Of a stretch of 64,000 nucleotides of DNA, positions 36,781 to 50,360 are shown piece by piece; position 1 is the first letter of the stretch, and each line of letters begins with the position of its first letter. The notes under the pieces are model-generated. The model saw only the letters and a program-made list of their open reading frames with translations. It was not told the origin of the DNA and ran no database searches. Origin of the DNA: Geosiphon pyriformis uo1. Its lineage: Eukaryota > Fungi > Glomeromycota. The translations under genes were made by a program, and so were the position numbers. The stretch is from NCBI GenBank assembly GCA_016748015.1, contig JAAOMT010000706.1, positions 689,667 through 753,666 on the forward strand. The letters are read 5' to 3'.

Positions 36781-38995
36781 AATAAGAAGAAGTTTGAATT
36801 GTCAAAATATTAAATTGAGATTAAAGAGAAGAGATTTTAACAAATGGAATTTTTTATTGCTACCTTAGAGTGATATGTTTAAAACTGTGATAAAAGAACA
36901 CTATCAGATCTAAAATATATTTGCATTTTTACTTTTCGAAATTTGGCAAATTTCTTTTCAAAAACTACGGAGCTAATAACTAAAAATTACCACTCAGTTT
37001 AATCTAAATATTACGATAGTGAATTATAGCTATATCTAAATTGAATGAATTATACTTTGAAAAAAAAATATTTTCTGTCGAATACAAAGTTTTTTAGTTG
37101 ATCAATCAATGAAACTTTCCAAGTATTACAGATAACAATTTTAGCCAACTAGTTTTTATACCAAAATAATTTATTATAATTTTTATTTTTTAAACAATAT
37201 TTTTTATTTTCAATAAACTGTGGAATAAATAACTTTAATTATGATTCCAAAAATTTTGCATATATAAAAATCAATCTCTTTTTGTAAATAAAAGCTATCA
37301 AACTAAAACACATTTTCATATTTTATTAAATACATAACTTAAATATATGACAAAATATAATCTTAAAATTGTTAAACCATAAATAAATTGGCATGTTTCT
37401 TTAAATTAATATCATAACAATAAATTAAACATTGTATAAATTAGTGGTTTAAAACACATTACTTTTAAACAAATTCTTTAAAGCAATTAGAAAAAGACTT
37501 TCTGTTTGCATCTCATTTCAAATTTCAAAATTTTTAAAAGACCAAAGTAACTTACTTAAAATAAAAAGTAATTTCGCTTTCTTTTGAATTAAAAAATCAA
37601 TTTTTTGTCAAAATTCAACAAATAAATATTTAATTAAAATTTGTAGTCTCACTGTTTCTGCTAATATACAATCATTACGAAATAGGACAATACACACACA
37701 ATTTATCAATGAAGCCTTCATGAAATTTTTGCAAAAAAATTTGAGAAACAGATGATTTCTTTTCCAAATCATCATCTGTTATTTTTAATAAGCGTCGTAT
37801 TTCTGTTTCCATTTTGTTGCATACTTTTATAATATTTAAAGGATTTATTGATAAATGTTCTATTGCTTAATTTTGACCAAAATTAAAAATCAGGAGCTCC
37901 TTTTATCCACATTACAAAAAAACTAAGGTTTGATTATATTTCAACGTGTTATTCAATCACATTTATAAGTTGCTTTCTCTTTTAAAAATAGATTACAATT
38001 GACGAAAGATAACTTTTTTTTACCTAGTCATAATAATATGCTGATTTTATAATATCATATTATTGAAAAAGCTAAGTTTCAAGTTACAAAAATATTTTCA
38101 AAATAATTTACCAGTTATTTAATTCTTTTTTTTTTATCTTCTAGATTTCATTATGATTTTCATAGTTATTGAGAAACCGTTAATTTAAATGAAACTGTTT
38201 ATTACTTTTGATTTTTCATATATATAAAAATATTGAAAAAATTTGAAAATCAAATTGAATAAAACAATAAAAAAAAGTTTAATTAAATTGTTTCAAATAA
38301 GATTTTTATTAAAATAAAATAATAAATCTTGACTTAAAACTAAAAAAAATTTATAATTAGTATAATTTACAATATTAAAAAAAAATATAATAATAACTTA
38401 ATTTAAAAATAAATTGATTATTTAATTTAAAATATACATTGATAATATAAATAAAAAGTAGAAATAAAGTAAATAATGAGAATTAAATAAATCATAAATA
38501 ATGATGTATTCAATATCATAAAAAGAAAACAAAAAAAAGGTATACTGAGCTTACTAGAAAATGATTCCATTTCAAAAAAATTTATTAAAAAATTTTTTTT
38601 TATTAAAGAGTTAGTGAAATTATATTTTGATTGAAACTTTTGTATCTTTTCAAATATTTCAAAAGTTTTCTTATTGATTATTTATTAAAAGTATATTTTT
38701 TTGATTTCATTGCCCAGTAAAAAGCTAAAATACAATCTAAATTTTAAAATTCTCATTTAGCGGAGAAAGGCAACTATTCATTAAAAGAGTTATATTTTTA
38801 ATGTTATCCAGCTAAAAAGCGTTTTAGTCTATGATAAAAACCTTATGATTTTTTTTGATTTTTAAAAATTTTATGTTTTAACTTTATTGTGGGGCTTAAA
38901 ATAGTAAGCTTAAAAATATTTCCCAGTAATAATTTCTAAGATAGGGTGTACAACCTTCAGAAATGTATAATTAAATTAATCAAATAAACAGCATT

Positions 38996-40500
38996 TTATC
39001 TTTTCATAATTTGAAAAACTTCATAGTCTTCGATAAATAAATTTACGCCTTGATTTTCTGACCCATGAATTATAATATGCTCATAATCTACTGTCTTTAG
39101 ACAATAGCATCCTGGGGTATTTTTAAAATCTTCGCCACACAATTGAATATTGCCTCTTCCAAATCGGATTCCATAATTTGACCCACCATAAGGTCCATAT
39201 GAGTCATTAAATTTGCTAAGTTTAGCATTTTCAACTTTGCCATCTCCGAGGGAAAAAATAAAACTTCCTTTTCCCTGCAGCCAAGCGTTTTTAGAATGCC
39301 ATGATTGTGGGTTATAGCCGCCAATTAGCTGACCAGTTCCTTTAACTTTGATTACGCTAACTGTTGCTCCTTTATTATCGCATAATCGATGAAAATCGGC
39401 TGGAGTGAATCCGTCTCGACTGCCTCGAAGTAACAATTTAAATCATTTCCAAATTGATCTTCGAAAGGAGTATTTTCGTCGTTTCCTTGAATCCAATGAT
39501 CGAGCTGTCTTATATTATGCGATCGAAGAAGCTTTGAATCAATATTTAATCGAGAACAACGTAATGGCTGAGCGTCTACAGACTTTTGATGACTACCCGG
39601 TACGAGATAGTGATGTAAAAGATCTTCGTATAAAGTTCCAGGTAAGATTCTCGCAAATGGTTTTACTTTGTGATAGAAGTCAACTGAAGATATGTTAAAG
39701 AACCGGATTAAAGGTATAAGTCTTTCAATGGATTCCTTAAAGGCTTTAAAGTTTTCATCTGTCCAATTAAGAACTTTTTTCGTCTGAATATTTGGATCTA
39801 ATTTAGCAACTCCCCATTCCACAATCTTTTCCCATATCTTAGATTCTTCTATATTTAGGTCATCCCGGGTTAAAATTGAGGAAAGTGCATTTTCACTAAG
39901 GAAGGTAAAATCTTGCGAGTTGAAGACTATAGCTGGATTTTTAGCAACTATTTCGGTGCAGAAATTTTGTAACTTTTTGAAGGAATCATGCATAAATGAA
40001 GTTTTCTGCAAAGTAGCGAAATTTTCTTCTAGCTCTTTTGCACGGTGTTCAATCAAATGGTCTTCAAGGGGATCAATAATTTTTTCTAGAAGAAGCTCGT
40101 CAGTGGTAACGAGCAATTCTAAAATAGTGGATACTTCATGTTTATCAAGAGAAATCTCGCCATTATAAATATATCTTTGCAGGAAAATCAAAAGTATGAA
40201 TTTATGTTGGCAAAAATACTTTAAAGCAAATGAAAAACTTTACCTGAGAATTATATCAAAAATTTTGGGTGAAATATTAGGTTTATCAAAGATAATGGTA
40301 TTATTTTCTCTTTTAATCCCATTACTAGAGAGTGCTACAGCAAAATATGGTGATCTTGCTGCCAAAATTGGCGAATGAGCATGAAAAGTTTTAATATTAG
40401 GCGCTTCTCCAACAACAATCTTAACATCAGAGAAATTCTGGCTATCCAGTAAATTTCCAAAATCATTGGATAAAGCATGAAAGAATTGCTGGGGTGCCAT
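38996..40500 (-). CDS. BTB/POZ-BACK-TLDc protein with a 1-nt frameshift near 39441 (pseudogene or assembly error)
   Basis: SDVKIVVG..FHAHSPILAARSPYF (BTB); intron 40243-40175; LTRDDLNIEESKIW..IRF (BACK); LLRGSRDGF..FHRLCDNKGAT..IGGYNP..IEDYEVF (TLDc) in a shifted frame. Confidence 0.88.
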
Positions 40501-42219
40501 TGGTAAAAGATATAAAAAGCTTTGAAATATTGATATTTCAATCTGCAGTCTTTAAAGAAAGGCATTTTCAACAAAATCAAATCAGCACAAAGTTTTATAC
40601 TACATTTAATACATGATCGACAGGTGATCGGATAATATTTTTTGACCAATCAAATTAAAATGCACACATTTTTGAATTTGAGTAATAAATTTCATTCACC
40701 TGGAAAAAATTTTATTTTTAAAATATCATTTTTGACTATATAAAAATATTTAAAATGAAAAATCTTAAAAATCCCCCTTTTTGAGCTTTAAATATATATA
40801 ATTTCTGTTACGGATTTTTAGTAATACTTAACACAAAAATAATAATATGAATAAGCTCGAATTTATATTTTATAATTATGAAAAATCAAAAAATTTCACT
40901 TGTTAAAAGTTAAGAGCATAAAAACTGGTTTAAAACTTTAATAAAAAACAATTAAATTCAAGAGGTAAAATTGACTAGATTTGAAATTATTTGTTCTTAG
41001 TTTTGAATCGGTAAACATGTAGTTGAATACCGAACCAAATCAATATCTGGTATAAGGGTTAAAATCAGAAACTTGGAAATATTATTGCACGATTTGATTT
41101 TCTAAAAATTTTTTGGGAATTAATGCTTGTAAACATATACATGAACTCAAAGAGAAGCTTCTTTGGCTTTAAAAATATGAATCGCTCTTATTATAGTTCA
41201 TATTTTGGGAAAGACCTGAAACATTGTGAAAGTTCATAAACAAATATTATTTTAGAAAAAAAGCCGAACCAAAAATTGCTCAAAAATTCTTAATATAATT
41301 ATTATACAAAATATTGCTATAGTAAATTCTTTTGTCTTGACATTTTTAAATCTTTTAAGCTTAAACTTAAAATAAAAATATGAATAATTCATTTCGTTTA
41401 TAAAAGTTTTGGTTGCTTTTCTTGCCTAAATTTGGTAAACTTTTGAATTTTAAAATTTTTTTAACACTTATAGTAAAATCTAAAGAATTCTAAAAAAAGA
41501 GTTTACAATGTTTTTTTTTACTAAATATATAATTACTCATTTATTTTGAAAAAATTTTATATTATATATAAATATTCCTTCTTTCGAAACTTTCTAAAAA
41601 CTAAATTATTCAAATAATTAAAATTTTTTCAAAAAAACCATACAAAATTTTTTATCAGTTTTGAATACAGCCAAACAACTTTTTGCAAAGTTTCAAAATA
41701 AATATGGGGTTATTGAATTGATTACAACACAATTCCAAAATTGTGGTAAGCAATATTTTCAGATAAAAATATTGTTGAACATCATAAAAAATAGCCAAGG
41801 TATTTCTGATGTAATTTACCTTTTTTTTTTTTAACATTATTTTTTCAACTTTTATTGAGATTAAACATTTTTTTTAAAAGGTCAAAAGCAAACTTAAATT
41901 TATATCAAGTTAAAACATTTCTCTACCAAGCTATAAAAATAATTTCAGTTTTCATATAAAATTTGAAGAAATATCAAAACATAAGCAAAGAATTTTCACA
42001 AAGACAATCTTATTAATAATTTTATAGTAGGCTTCAAATTTTTTAGTGCCATCAATATGTTTAGATATCAAGTTTTACCCTCATTAAATTATCACATCCC
42101 TAGCAAAAACAAATATTTAAATGAAATCACTATTGGCTAAATTTTTGCGAAAAAAAATCATAAATTCCAATTTTATTTATTTTGCAATTTAATTTGTGCT
42201 TAACCAGTTTCAATTAACT

Positions 42220-42688
42220 TAAAACATATATATTTATAATATTATTTAAATTCATATAAAATATACTTTTAAATAAAATTTATATCTTTTAGTTGAATAT
42301 GGGTAAATGAACCTTTTGCATATTTTTCTTTGACAGTTTAAACTTAACACATTTAATAATAATTTTTTTATAATACATTCAGCAAAGTAAAAAAATATCT
42401 TTGAAAAAATACTTATTATAAGAGATAACTGATAATATTTTCTCCAAGAAAGTTAAGACATTGAAATTATCTGAAAAAGATTAATTTGAATTTCGAAATT
42501 CAAATTTATTCCATATTTTGCAATATCATTTCGAGAGCTATTATAAAATATCATATAAATTAACTCTCTATTGCTTTAAAAATGGGTATAAAAGAATTTA
42601 AATTTATTTAAAGCTAATTGGTCTTGCTAAATTTATTTAGTAAAAAGGATCTATAATTAGGAGGAAGCAAACATTTTATCTAATTTAG
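42220..42688 (-). repeat. Orphan 3' flank of the secreted-protein gene family (no CDS attached)
   Basis: 42390-42688 aligns with 12001-12296; 42220-42485 aligns with 63140-63391. Confidence 0.85.
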
Positions 42689-44858
42689 ATTTTCTTATTG
42701 TATTCTTTTTTTGGAGGATTCGAAAAAAAAGGGCAAAATTTTAAACCGTAATACTATTAATATATACATTGCAAGTCCAAAACTCTCGTAATAAATAGCT
42801 TCTATTACACAATTTTGAAACTTTATTATTTATTTTCCTTTGAAATAAATAGTCTTGATATTGACTCGTTTACTTTTATCAATTCCATTTCTGAATCACG
42901 TTAAAAGTAAAAATTTTGTTTCACAATTTCTTTAAGCTTTTGAATTTTGTTTATAATTTTTTCTGCAAAATTAAACGAAAAAGTTTTTTGCAATACTTTT
43001 TTAAATTTTTATTAATATAATTTCAAGTAAATTTTTAAAGATGATAGACTGTCTCAAAAAAAAAAAAAAAAATTTCAACCAGTTTCCAATGAATTTTAAA
43101 ACTCTAATCGGATCTGAGACACTTTTAATATAATTGCAGAGCTGCATAAATTTAATTTAAAAAATTAAATTTTAATGACGAAAGTTTAAAGAATGTCATA
43201 ATTCTTTTAACCCAAAAGCAATTAATGCTAGATTTCTAGTCAAGAAAATTTATTGTCGGGAACATTTTTTTAAGAAAGTTTAATCAACTTAATATTATAA
43301 ACACAATGCAATTAGTTGCATAATAATTTACTTTCAATTTAATCTCGGAATATAAAAGTTTTTTGTACTATAACGATTTAAGATTGGAATCAATTAACGA
43401 TCTTTATTGAATAATGAAAAATTACTTTTTACGAAAAATTCTGGGCAACGTTTAACAATTAAGCAATAATTTAATTTCGAAACTTCAATATATAAATGTT
43501 AAAGTCAATTTGAAACGTCCCCTTTGTTTCACCAAATAAATAATGATAGAACAAAATTAATTTTTTCTTTGTTACAAGATGCAATTAAATTTCCGTAATA
43601 TATATATATATATAAATATTTATATCAGAAAATTGTTAATCTATGTATAACATAACAAAGAACGTTCTTCGAAATGAGGTTTCAAAAAAATTTAATTTCC
43701 AAAAAACCAAATTGATTTATTTATATTACTTTTTTTAAAAAAAAAATTTAAAATTTTCCTATTATAGTAACTGTTAATTTATGCTTAAATATATATATTT
43801 AATTTAATCTAAATTCTAGAAAAATTTAAAACTAATAAAAAATATATATATATATATATATATTAACATCATATTATTTTAAAGCACAGAAATTATTCTG
43901 AATCTGAAAGATTTGATTATTATACTTGAAATTTTTTTTTTTTTTTAAAAAAGCTTGGTGTTAATTTAAACTTTAAATAAGTTATGATTAGTATTTCAAA
44001 AAGAATTTTCTAATATTTATCTCAAAATATTTCATGCACTTTATATAAGGTTTTAATTTCAAATTAAAAAGTGCTTTTTCTTATTTATTTTCAAAAATGG
44101 ATTTTTACCACTTATTATCAAATTTATTTTTTGTGCCAAAAAGTGTCTATTTTTATTTATTAATTAATTAATTAATATTTGTTCAAACATTTCATTTCAG
44201 AATATTACTCAAAGGAAATGTGGCTATTTTAAAAAAAAATGGAACCCAGAATTTTTAAACAGCGATCTGAAAATTAGAGGACAATGAACCTTTACTCTTC
44301 TATCATTAGATCCCAGATTCACGTGCGATCTTCTATTGGATCGCTTTCAACTTAATTGAATGTTTGTTTTTCCGTGTTTGGAATACAACAATTTTTGACC
44401 AACAAAAATAACGCGATCCACAATATTAAAATAATATCTCAAAACTATCGGAGAAATATATACAAACATTCTATTCAATAATTCCGGAATATTATGATAG
44501 GCGTTTATCAAGAGGGCATGTCATCATCCATAGTATCATAACCAAAAAACCTGAAACTTTGATCCCGCTCGATTCTCGAACATCAGAGGCCATCTATATA
44601 AAAAGCTTTGACTCAAATTAATAGTTGAAATTTGGTATTTTGAAAAGTTATTAAATATTACTAGACTTCTGCGTTTCAATCATCTATAAACTTTTTATAG
44701 TGACGCTTTAGAGATTTTTCCGCTTTAACTCCTATTTTTTATTCATAATCAACTCATTATTATATGTACTGAATCGCTAGATCCTTTTGTTGATTTTGAA
44801 GTGGATATTTTAATCTTTAATTTATATTACCATCACCAAAATTTAAAATTAAATTAAT

Positions 44859-46359
44859 ATGAAATCTTCATGTTTTCTAACCTTTTTCAGTATAATAACA
44901 ATCTATATCTTCGTCACAAAGGCTCAAATAGAAATAAATTTAAATATAAACCTTCAAGAGATCGCGGAAATGGCCCATAATTTGTTGATTCCAATCCACA
45001 AAGAGTCACCACCAAAAATTGAATGGGGACTTAAACGATTATACGAAATAGGGATCACCAAACGAAAATATCATGCTCTTTTCCACGAGTATGATTCAAA
45101 GTTTAGTCTGGAAGATATCGTCATAAATTCTAAAACTCTTTTGGATTTTATTACCAAATACTTGGATTCAAAAATGATTGATTTCCAATCAGAAAATCTT
45201 TTGGAATTAGAAAATCTTGGTAGAGATATTGGCTATTACGGAAAAGTCAAGATCGGTGGTCAAACATTTGATGTTTTATTAGACACTGCATCCGCAGATT
45301 TTTGGGTACCTAGCACAAAATGCAAAAGTTTAGATAATTCATGTGAGAATCGTAGAAAATTTTTTCCTCAAAAATCAAAAACATTCAAACGTGTTAAAGG
45401 CTCGTTTTCCGTTAGATACGGGGTCGGATCGGTTAAGGGAAAACTTGGGGTTGATACGTTTGAGATTTCAGGGATGAAAGCATATAAGCAAAGATTTGGT
45501 TTATCCACCTTTGAAAAAAATTTCTCCAAAGTTAAATATGATGGTATATTGGGTTTAGCTTTTGATAAACTTAGTAGACAAAAAGCTGCAACACCTTATA
45601 GAACACCATTTTCTACTTTGGTTGCCCAGCATCAATTTCGTGAACCAATTTTCTCATTTTCTCTAACACGGGCCAAGGATGGTGCAGGCAATGGAGAATT
45701 ATTGTTTGGTGATGTTCCCTATAAAAATTTAAAGAGTAATATTATAGAAATTCCTATTTCTTCAGATAATGGATTATGGGAAATCAATATTGATGGTACA
45801 TTTGTTGACACACAACTGATTAAATTTAATAACCGCACTACTATAATTGATACAGGTATAGTTTTTGTGAATATTTATGACACAAATCATGGTGTAAAAA
45901 AACCATCTAATTAAGCTCTCTTTTTTTTTTTCCAGGCTCAACATTAATGCTTTTACCACCTGATGATGCATTTGCAATACATGATTTAATTCCAGGCGCA
46001 GTAATGGATAATGCTGGAAATTTTTTTGTTCCTGTAAGAAAAATTTTAGTTTGAGTTTATTTGCTTTAGAAATTTTTTACCAGTCAATTTAAACTCTTTT
46101 CCATATTATTTAGTGTAATACGACAACAATTGTTTCCCTTGTATTTAATGGGGTCAAATTTAATATTAACCCAAAAGATTTGGCCCGGGATTATATTAAA
46201 TCGTTGGATCTTTGCCTTTCAGGAATCGCAGGCGAGAAATTAGGTAGTGGTACCCAATGGATATTGGGCGATGTTTTCTTGAAGAACGTAATTTCGATAT
46301 TTAATATTAAAAATAAAACTGTTGGATTCGCAAGATCCGAGGATCCATTGTTGATTTAA
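44859..46359 (+). CDS. Secreted pepsin-like aspartic protease (A1), 3 exons
   Basis: Signal peptide; YYGKVKIGGQTFDVLLDTASADFWVPS; flap YGVGS; DGILGLAF; IIDTGS across intron 45856-45935; intron 46034-46113; WILGDVFLKN..TVGFA. Confidence 0.93.
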
Positions 46360-46371
46360 ATGATATGAGAG

Positions 46372-46425
46372 TGTCAGTCAGTCAGTCAGTCAGTCAGTCA
46401 TTCATTCATTCATTCATTCATTCAT
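46372..46425. repeat. (GTCA)n(TTCA)n tetranucleotide microsatellite
   Basis: Direct observation just 3' of the protease stop. Confidence 0.9.
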
Positions 46426-46940
46426 TTTTGTTTACATAAATATTATTTCCCCCTCCCCCCCCCCCCTTTACAATTCCGAGAAAATTCGAAAGAATTTTAT
46501 AGAATACAATCACTTAAATAAATGCATATCCTCATCTCATTAGTGTTAAAAAGAAAAACATGAATTTCAAAATCTGAAAAATAAAACATTCCTTGGATAA
46601 TTTTCAGTTTGATTATTAATTTTTTTTTTTCAACTAATGAATAATAATAAAACTTTTTGTTTTGAGTTATTAAAACAAACTTTTAAAAAATTATCATCTT
46701 CCAAAAACGTGCCAAATCAATAGTACAGAATTCTTTGTCTTTATGAGGACATAATTTTGTTTATTTATTTTTCATTTGGGATATAAATAGTACAAAACAA
46801 TCCACATTTGAAAGAAAGACTAATAAAAAAAAAGATTTATAAATTTAAGTTAGGTTAATGAAAAGAAGATAATCTTTTCAATTTTAGCTACTTTAGGTCT
46901 CAGGGGCTTGTTAGAACCTTGCATTCCTGATAATCTTGGG

Positions 46941-46945
<5 letters not shown>

Positions 46946-46980
<35 letters not shown>

Positions 46981-47004
46981 NNNNNNNNNNNNNNNNNNNN
47001 NNNN
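46946..47004. other. Poly(G) run followed by a 24-N assembly gap
   Basis: Direct observation. Confidence 0.9.
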
Positions 47005-48690
47005 GGGCGGGAGAGGTGAAACTTTAAACCTTGTAACACAAATTTCTCAAGTAGGAGATTCGAAAGTTCTAAACCTTCATGAAAGATGAATCGAACTTTC
47101 CTTATTGTGCGAAACACATTAGGGATATGCATCAAAAAAAAATATGTCGTTAAAATTGTACGAAAAAATAAATAAATAAATAAATTGCTCAACTCATACC
47201 AAATTAAAATGACTCGATCTAGAAAAAATATTTCTCTTGTGCAGAGAAATAAATTGTTTGTCTATACAAAAAGGTTAAATCAAATTTGATTTCTAACTCT
47301 TTTTACTTTTTTTTTTTTTTCCCCTAAACCAAACTTGGAACGAAAAAGATCAAATCTTTTTGTGAAACTTTCATAATACTATTTTTAAATCAATATTATC
47401 CAAAAAAAAAAAAATTTTTTTTCTTATTCGAGCTTCTTATGGTTAGTGTTGAGCAAAAAACTATAAATTTATCAAATTTAGTTAGAAAACAAAAATCAAA
47501 AGTATTTAGAAATCTACTTTTGGCTATCTCGAATCATTTTAAAGTTTATATTTAATATGCAACGAATTTGTAATTCCTTGCTTTGGATCAAGTTTCAATA
47601 TATAAATTTTTTGACCCTCTTTCCTAGGAATCGTAAACGAGTGTATACGATAAAAATATGAAAAAAAATTTAAAATTATTTAAATTCTACTGTCCAATTT
47701 AATATAGAAGTCCAGAATGAAACATATCCTTTTATCCGATTTATCTTTATAATGTGATTTTTTTCAAGTTTTCAAGATTTTATATAGCAAAAATTTTTTT
47801 TGCCCCAGAAAAAAATTAATTTCTTGTGTATCTTTTTTTAAAAAAAAATAAGAGTTTGATATTAATATAAACTGGGAGAAATCTCATGTTAAAAATATCG
47901 TTATGTTTTAATAAAACGAGTATTTTAATTTCATGTAATAAAACGATGAATAAATAATTACGAGTTCATGTATGGAACAAACAAAAAAAATAATTTTTTT
48001 TATCTTGATCTTTTGTGGTGAAAATTTATTTATACCACATTCTTGATTCATATTTGAAAAATAAAAAAAGATACAAAAATACGAAAGCGAAAAGTTATTT
48101 GAATCGAGGAGATTATAAATTTGTTAGCTATGGTTTGCTACGAGTTTACAAAAATAATGATCAAGTATTTTTCGAAAAATTTTCAAGAAGAAAAATCGAA
48201 AATGGATAAAAATGAATAGCGATAAAAGTCAGGAAATGGATAAATAGAAATACTAAGAAAATAAAGAGTAAAAAAAAAAGAGTGCTAAAAGAGTGATAAA
48301 AGAGGGACAGGAAATAATAATAATAATAATGATTATATATATTTCAGCATTCAAATTCGGTTTGTAAATAACGTAAGAATCGAAAAATTGGTTTGACCTT
48401 AAAATGTTTTTTTAGACTATTTAAATTTTACGAATTAAATGAAAAATAAAAGAGCACGAAGAGTCAAAGGCAGAAATTCTCAAAGGAAAAAATACGAAGG
48501 GAAAAAATACGTTATCTCAACATTTTTAAAAGGAAGCCAAGGTAAGTAAGATTTTTATAACTATAAAGTTCAAAATTTTGTCTTAAATTTCGAAAATGGT
48601 AATTCTTATGTATGTTTTTGAGATCCGTCTAGATATTGGTTCTTTTTTGTGGTCTTTGTTCGTTTTTAATTAATTTTTTTAAAGGTTGTT

Positions 48691-48692
<2 letters not shown>

Positions 48693-48742
<50 letters not shown>

Positions 48743-48743
48743 T
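48693..48743. repeat. (TG)n microsatellite
   Basis: Direct observation. Confidence 0.95.
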
Positions 48744-48905
48744 TTATGTATTTTGGAAAGTCCATAAATTATTCGCGTGCTTGTTGTTGTACATGTGCTG
48801 GAATCTCTTTTTTTTTTTATGCAGTGTTTTGATGCTTTAAAAGCCAGCTTATAATGATGGATAATAGATTATGAAAATAACAGATAGATTGTGAACCATC
48901 TGTTA

Positions 48906-49344
48906 TCAAATCTTTTGCGCCCAAAAACGATGCAACGAAATGTTGGTTTAATACTTGTAAATTTTGTAGGCAAACGATAGCATGATTTCGGCGTATCCTT
49001 CTTTGATAGCTCTAACAGGGTCATAGAAATGGAGGTAGCTATTTAGATTCTGAAAGATGAAGAAATTATAAATTTGAAAATTTTAACAATGAATGATAAT
49101 AAAACCCCCCCCCCGCCCAAGAAAACATAATGGAAAAGAAGTGAAGTTGTCAATAAAAAGGTTAAATCTTTACCATTTCACCCACTTTTCCTCTCCAAGC
49201 GCCAATTGGAGGCGTTTTCTGTGCATGTGTTACATTTTTGAGACAGGCAACCTCAAGTGACTTCTTTACAAATTGACTTGGCATTGGATCAATTCCCATA
49301 GGAGCGAGATGTTCAAAAACTGTAAAAAACAAAATTGAATCAAT

Positions 49345-49397
<53 letters not shown>

Positions 49398-50243
49398 CAA
49401 ATAAGCATCAGAAAAATTCGAAAATGCATACCAGCTTTTATCAAACTATTGGCAACAGGACCTCCATTGATGTAATTAAAGTCTAACCCTGAAATTTCAA
49501 TCCATTTACCTGGTCGTGTAACACGGATAATTTCTTTCAAAATGTGTTCTTGCCATTTTTTTTTAGGTATATAATGACACAATGTGGTTTGATGAACAAA
49601 ATCAAACGTGTCGTCCTACAATTTTATTAAATAATAAACCCAAGTTTAACAAATTTATCAAAATCAAACCGATGTTCAATTATGTCAAATATATATTTAC
49701 CGTGAAAGGAAACTCATTTAAAGCATTATATTGAAGAAATTCCACATTTTGAGGTTTATCAATATTGACAAAGGCATCCGAAACGTCAAATCCAATAACG
49801 CTGGATGAAGGATATTGTTTTGCCATCTCTATAAACGTTTATAAATGTTTAAAAGATATCTAATCTCTTTCGTCATGATGAGACAACATACCAATAACCC
49901 ATGCACCAGGACCACAGCCGAAATCCAAAATACAGCCATTTAATTGTGAATCCACATCAATAGGTGCTTGAAAATTACCATCCCAGATGTAGTGAAAAAA
50001 GAAATGTTCACACCACTGATGAGATGTTTTTTCCGGGTTACTAGGTAAAAAATAACACAAGCTATCTTCATTTATGTATCGTCTGCCATTCACATAAAAA
50101 TGTGAGTCTAACGCTGCTGTATCTTCATTCGATAAAGCATCGATAATTGGGACGATTAAGGGTTTAACTTTGGATTTAAATACTTGTATTTTCGGAATGA
50201 ATTTGGTTTCCAAAGTATATGGAGATTTAGGGGGATGATTCAT
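48906..50243 (-). CDS. Class I SAM-dependent methyltransferase (LaeA-like), 5 exons; premature TAA at 48950-48948
   Basis: NGRRY...YFLP, GNFQAP, ILDFGCGPGAW, MAKQYP..VIGFD, SFPFT-DDTFDFVHQ, EIIRVTRPGKWIE, PIGAW.GKVG; terminal RFWAQKI lies in frame beyond a TAA. Confidence 0.85.
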
Positions 50244-50327
50244 TTCGAGTTCGAACTATGATGTAATGAGCGTCTGTGATTTGATTGCTTTAGAAAAGCA
50301 ATCTGAAAAAATGTAAAAAAATCGTTG

Positions 50328-50360
<33 letters not shown>

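Noticed and set aside
46911-47192. Poly-Pro ORF
   Set aside because: Spans an N gap and a poly(G) run that may be a sequencing artefact.
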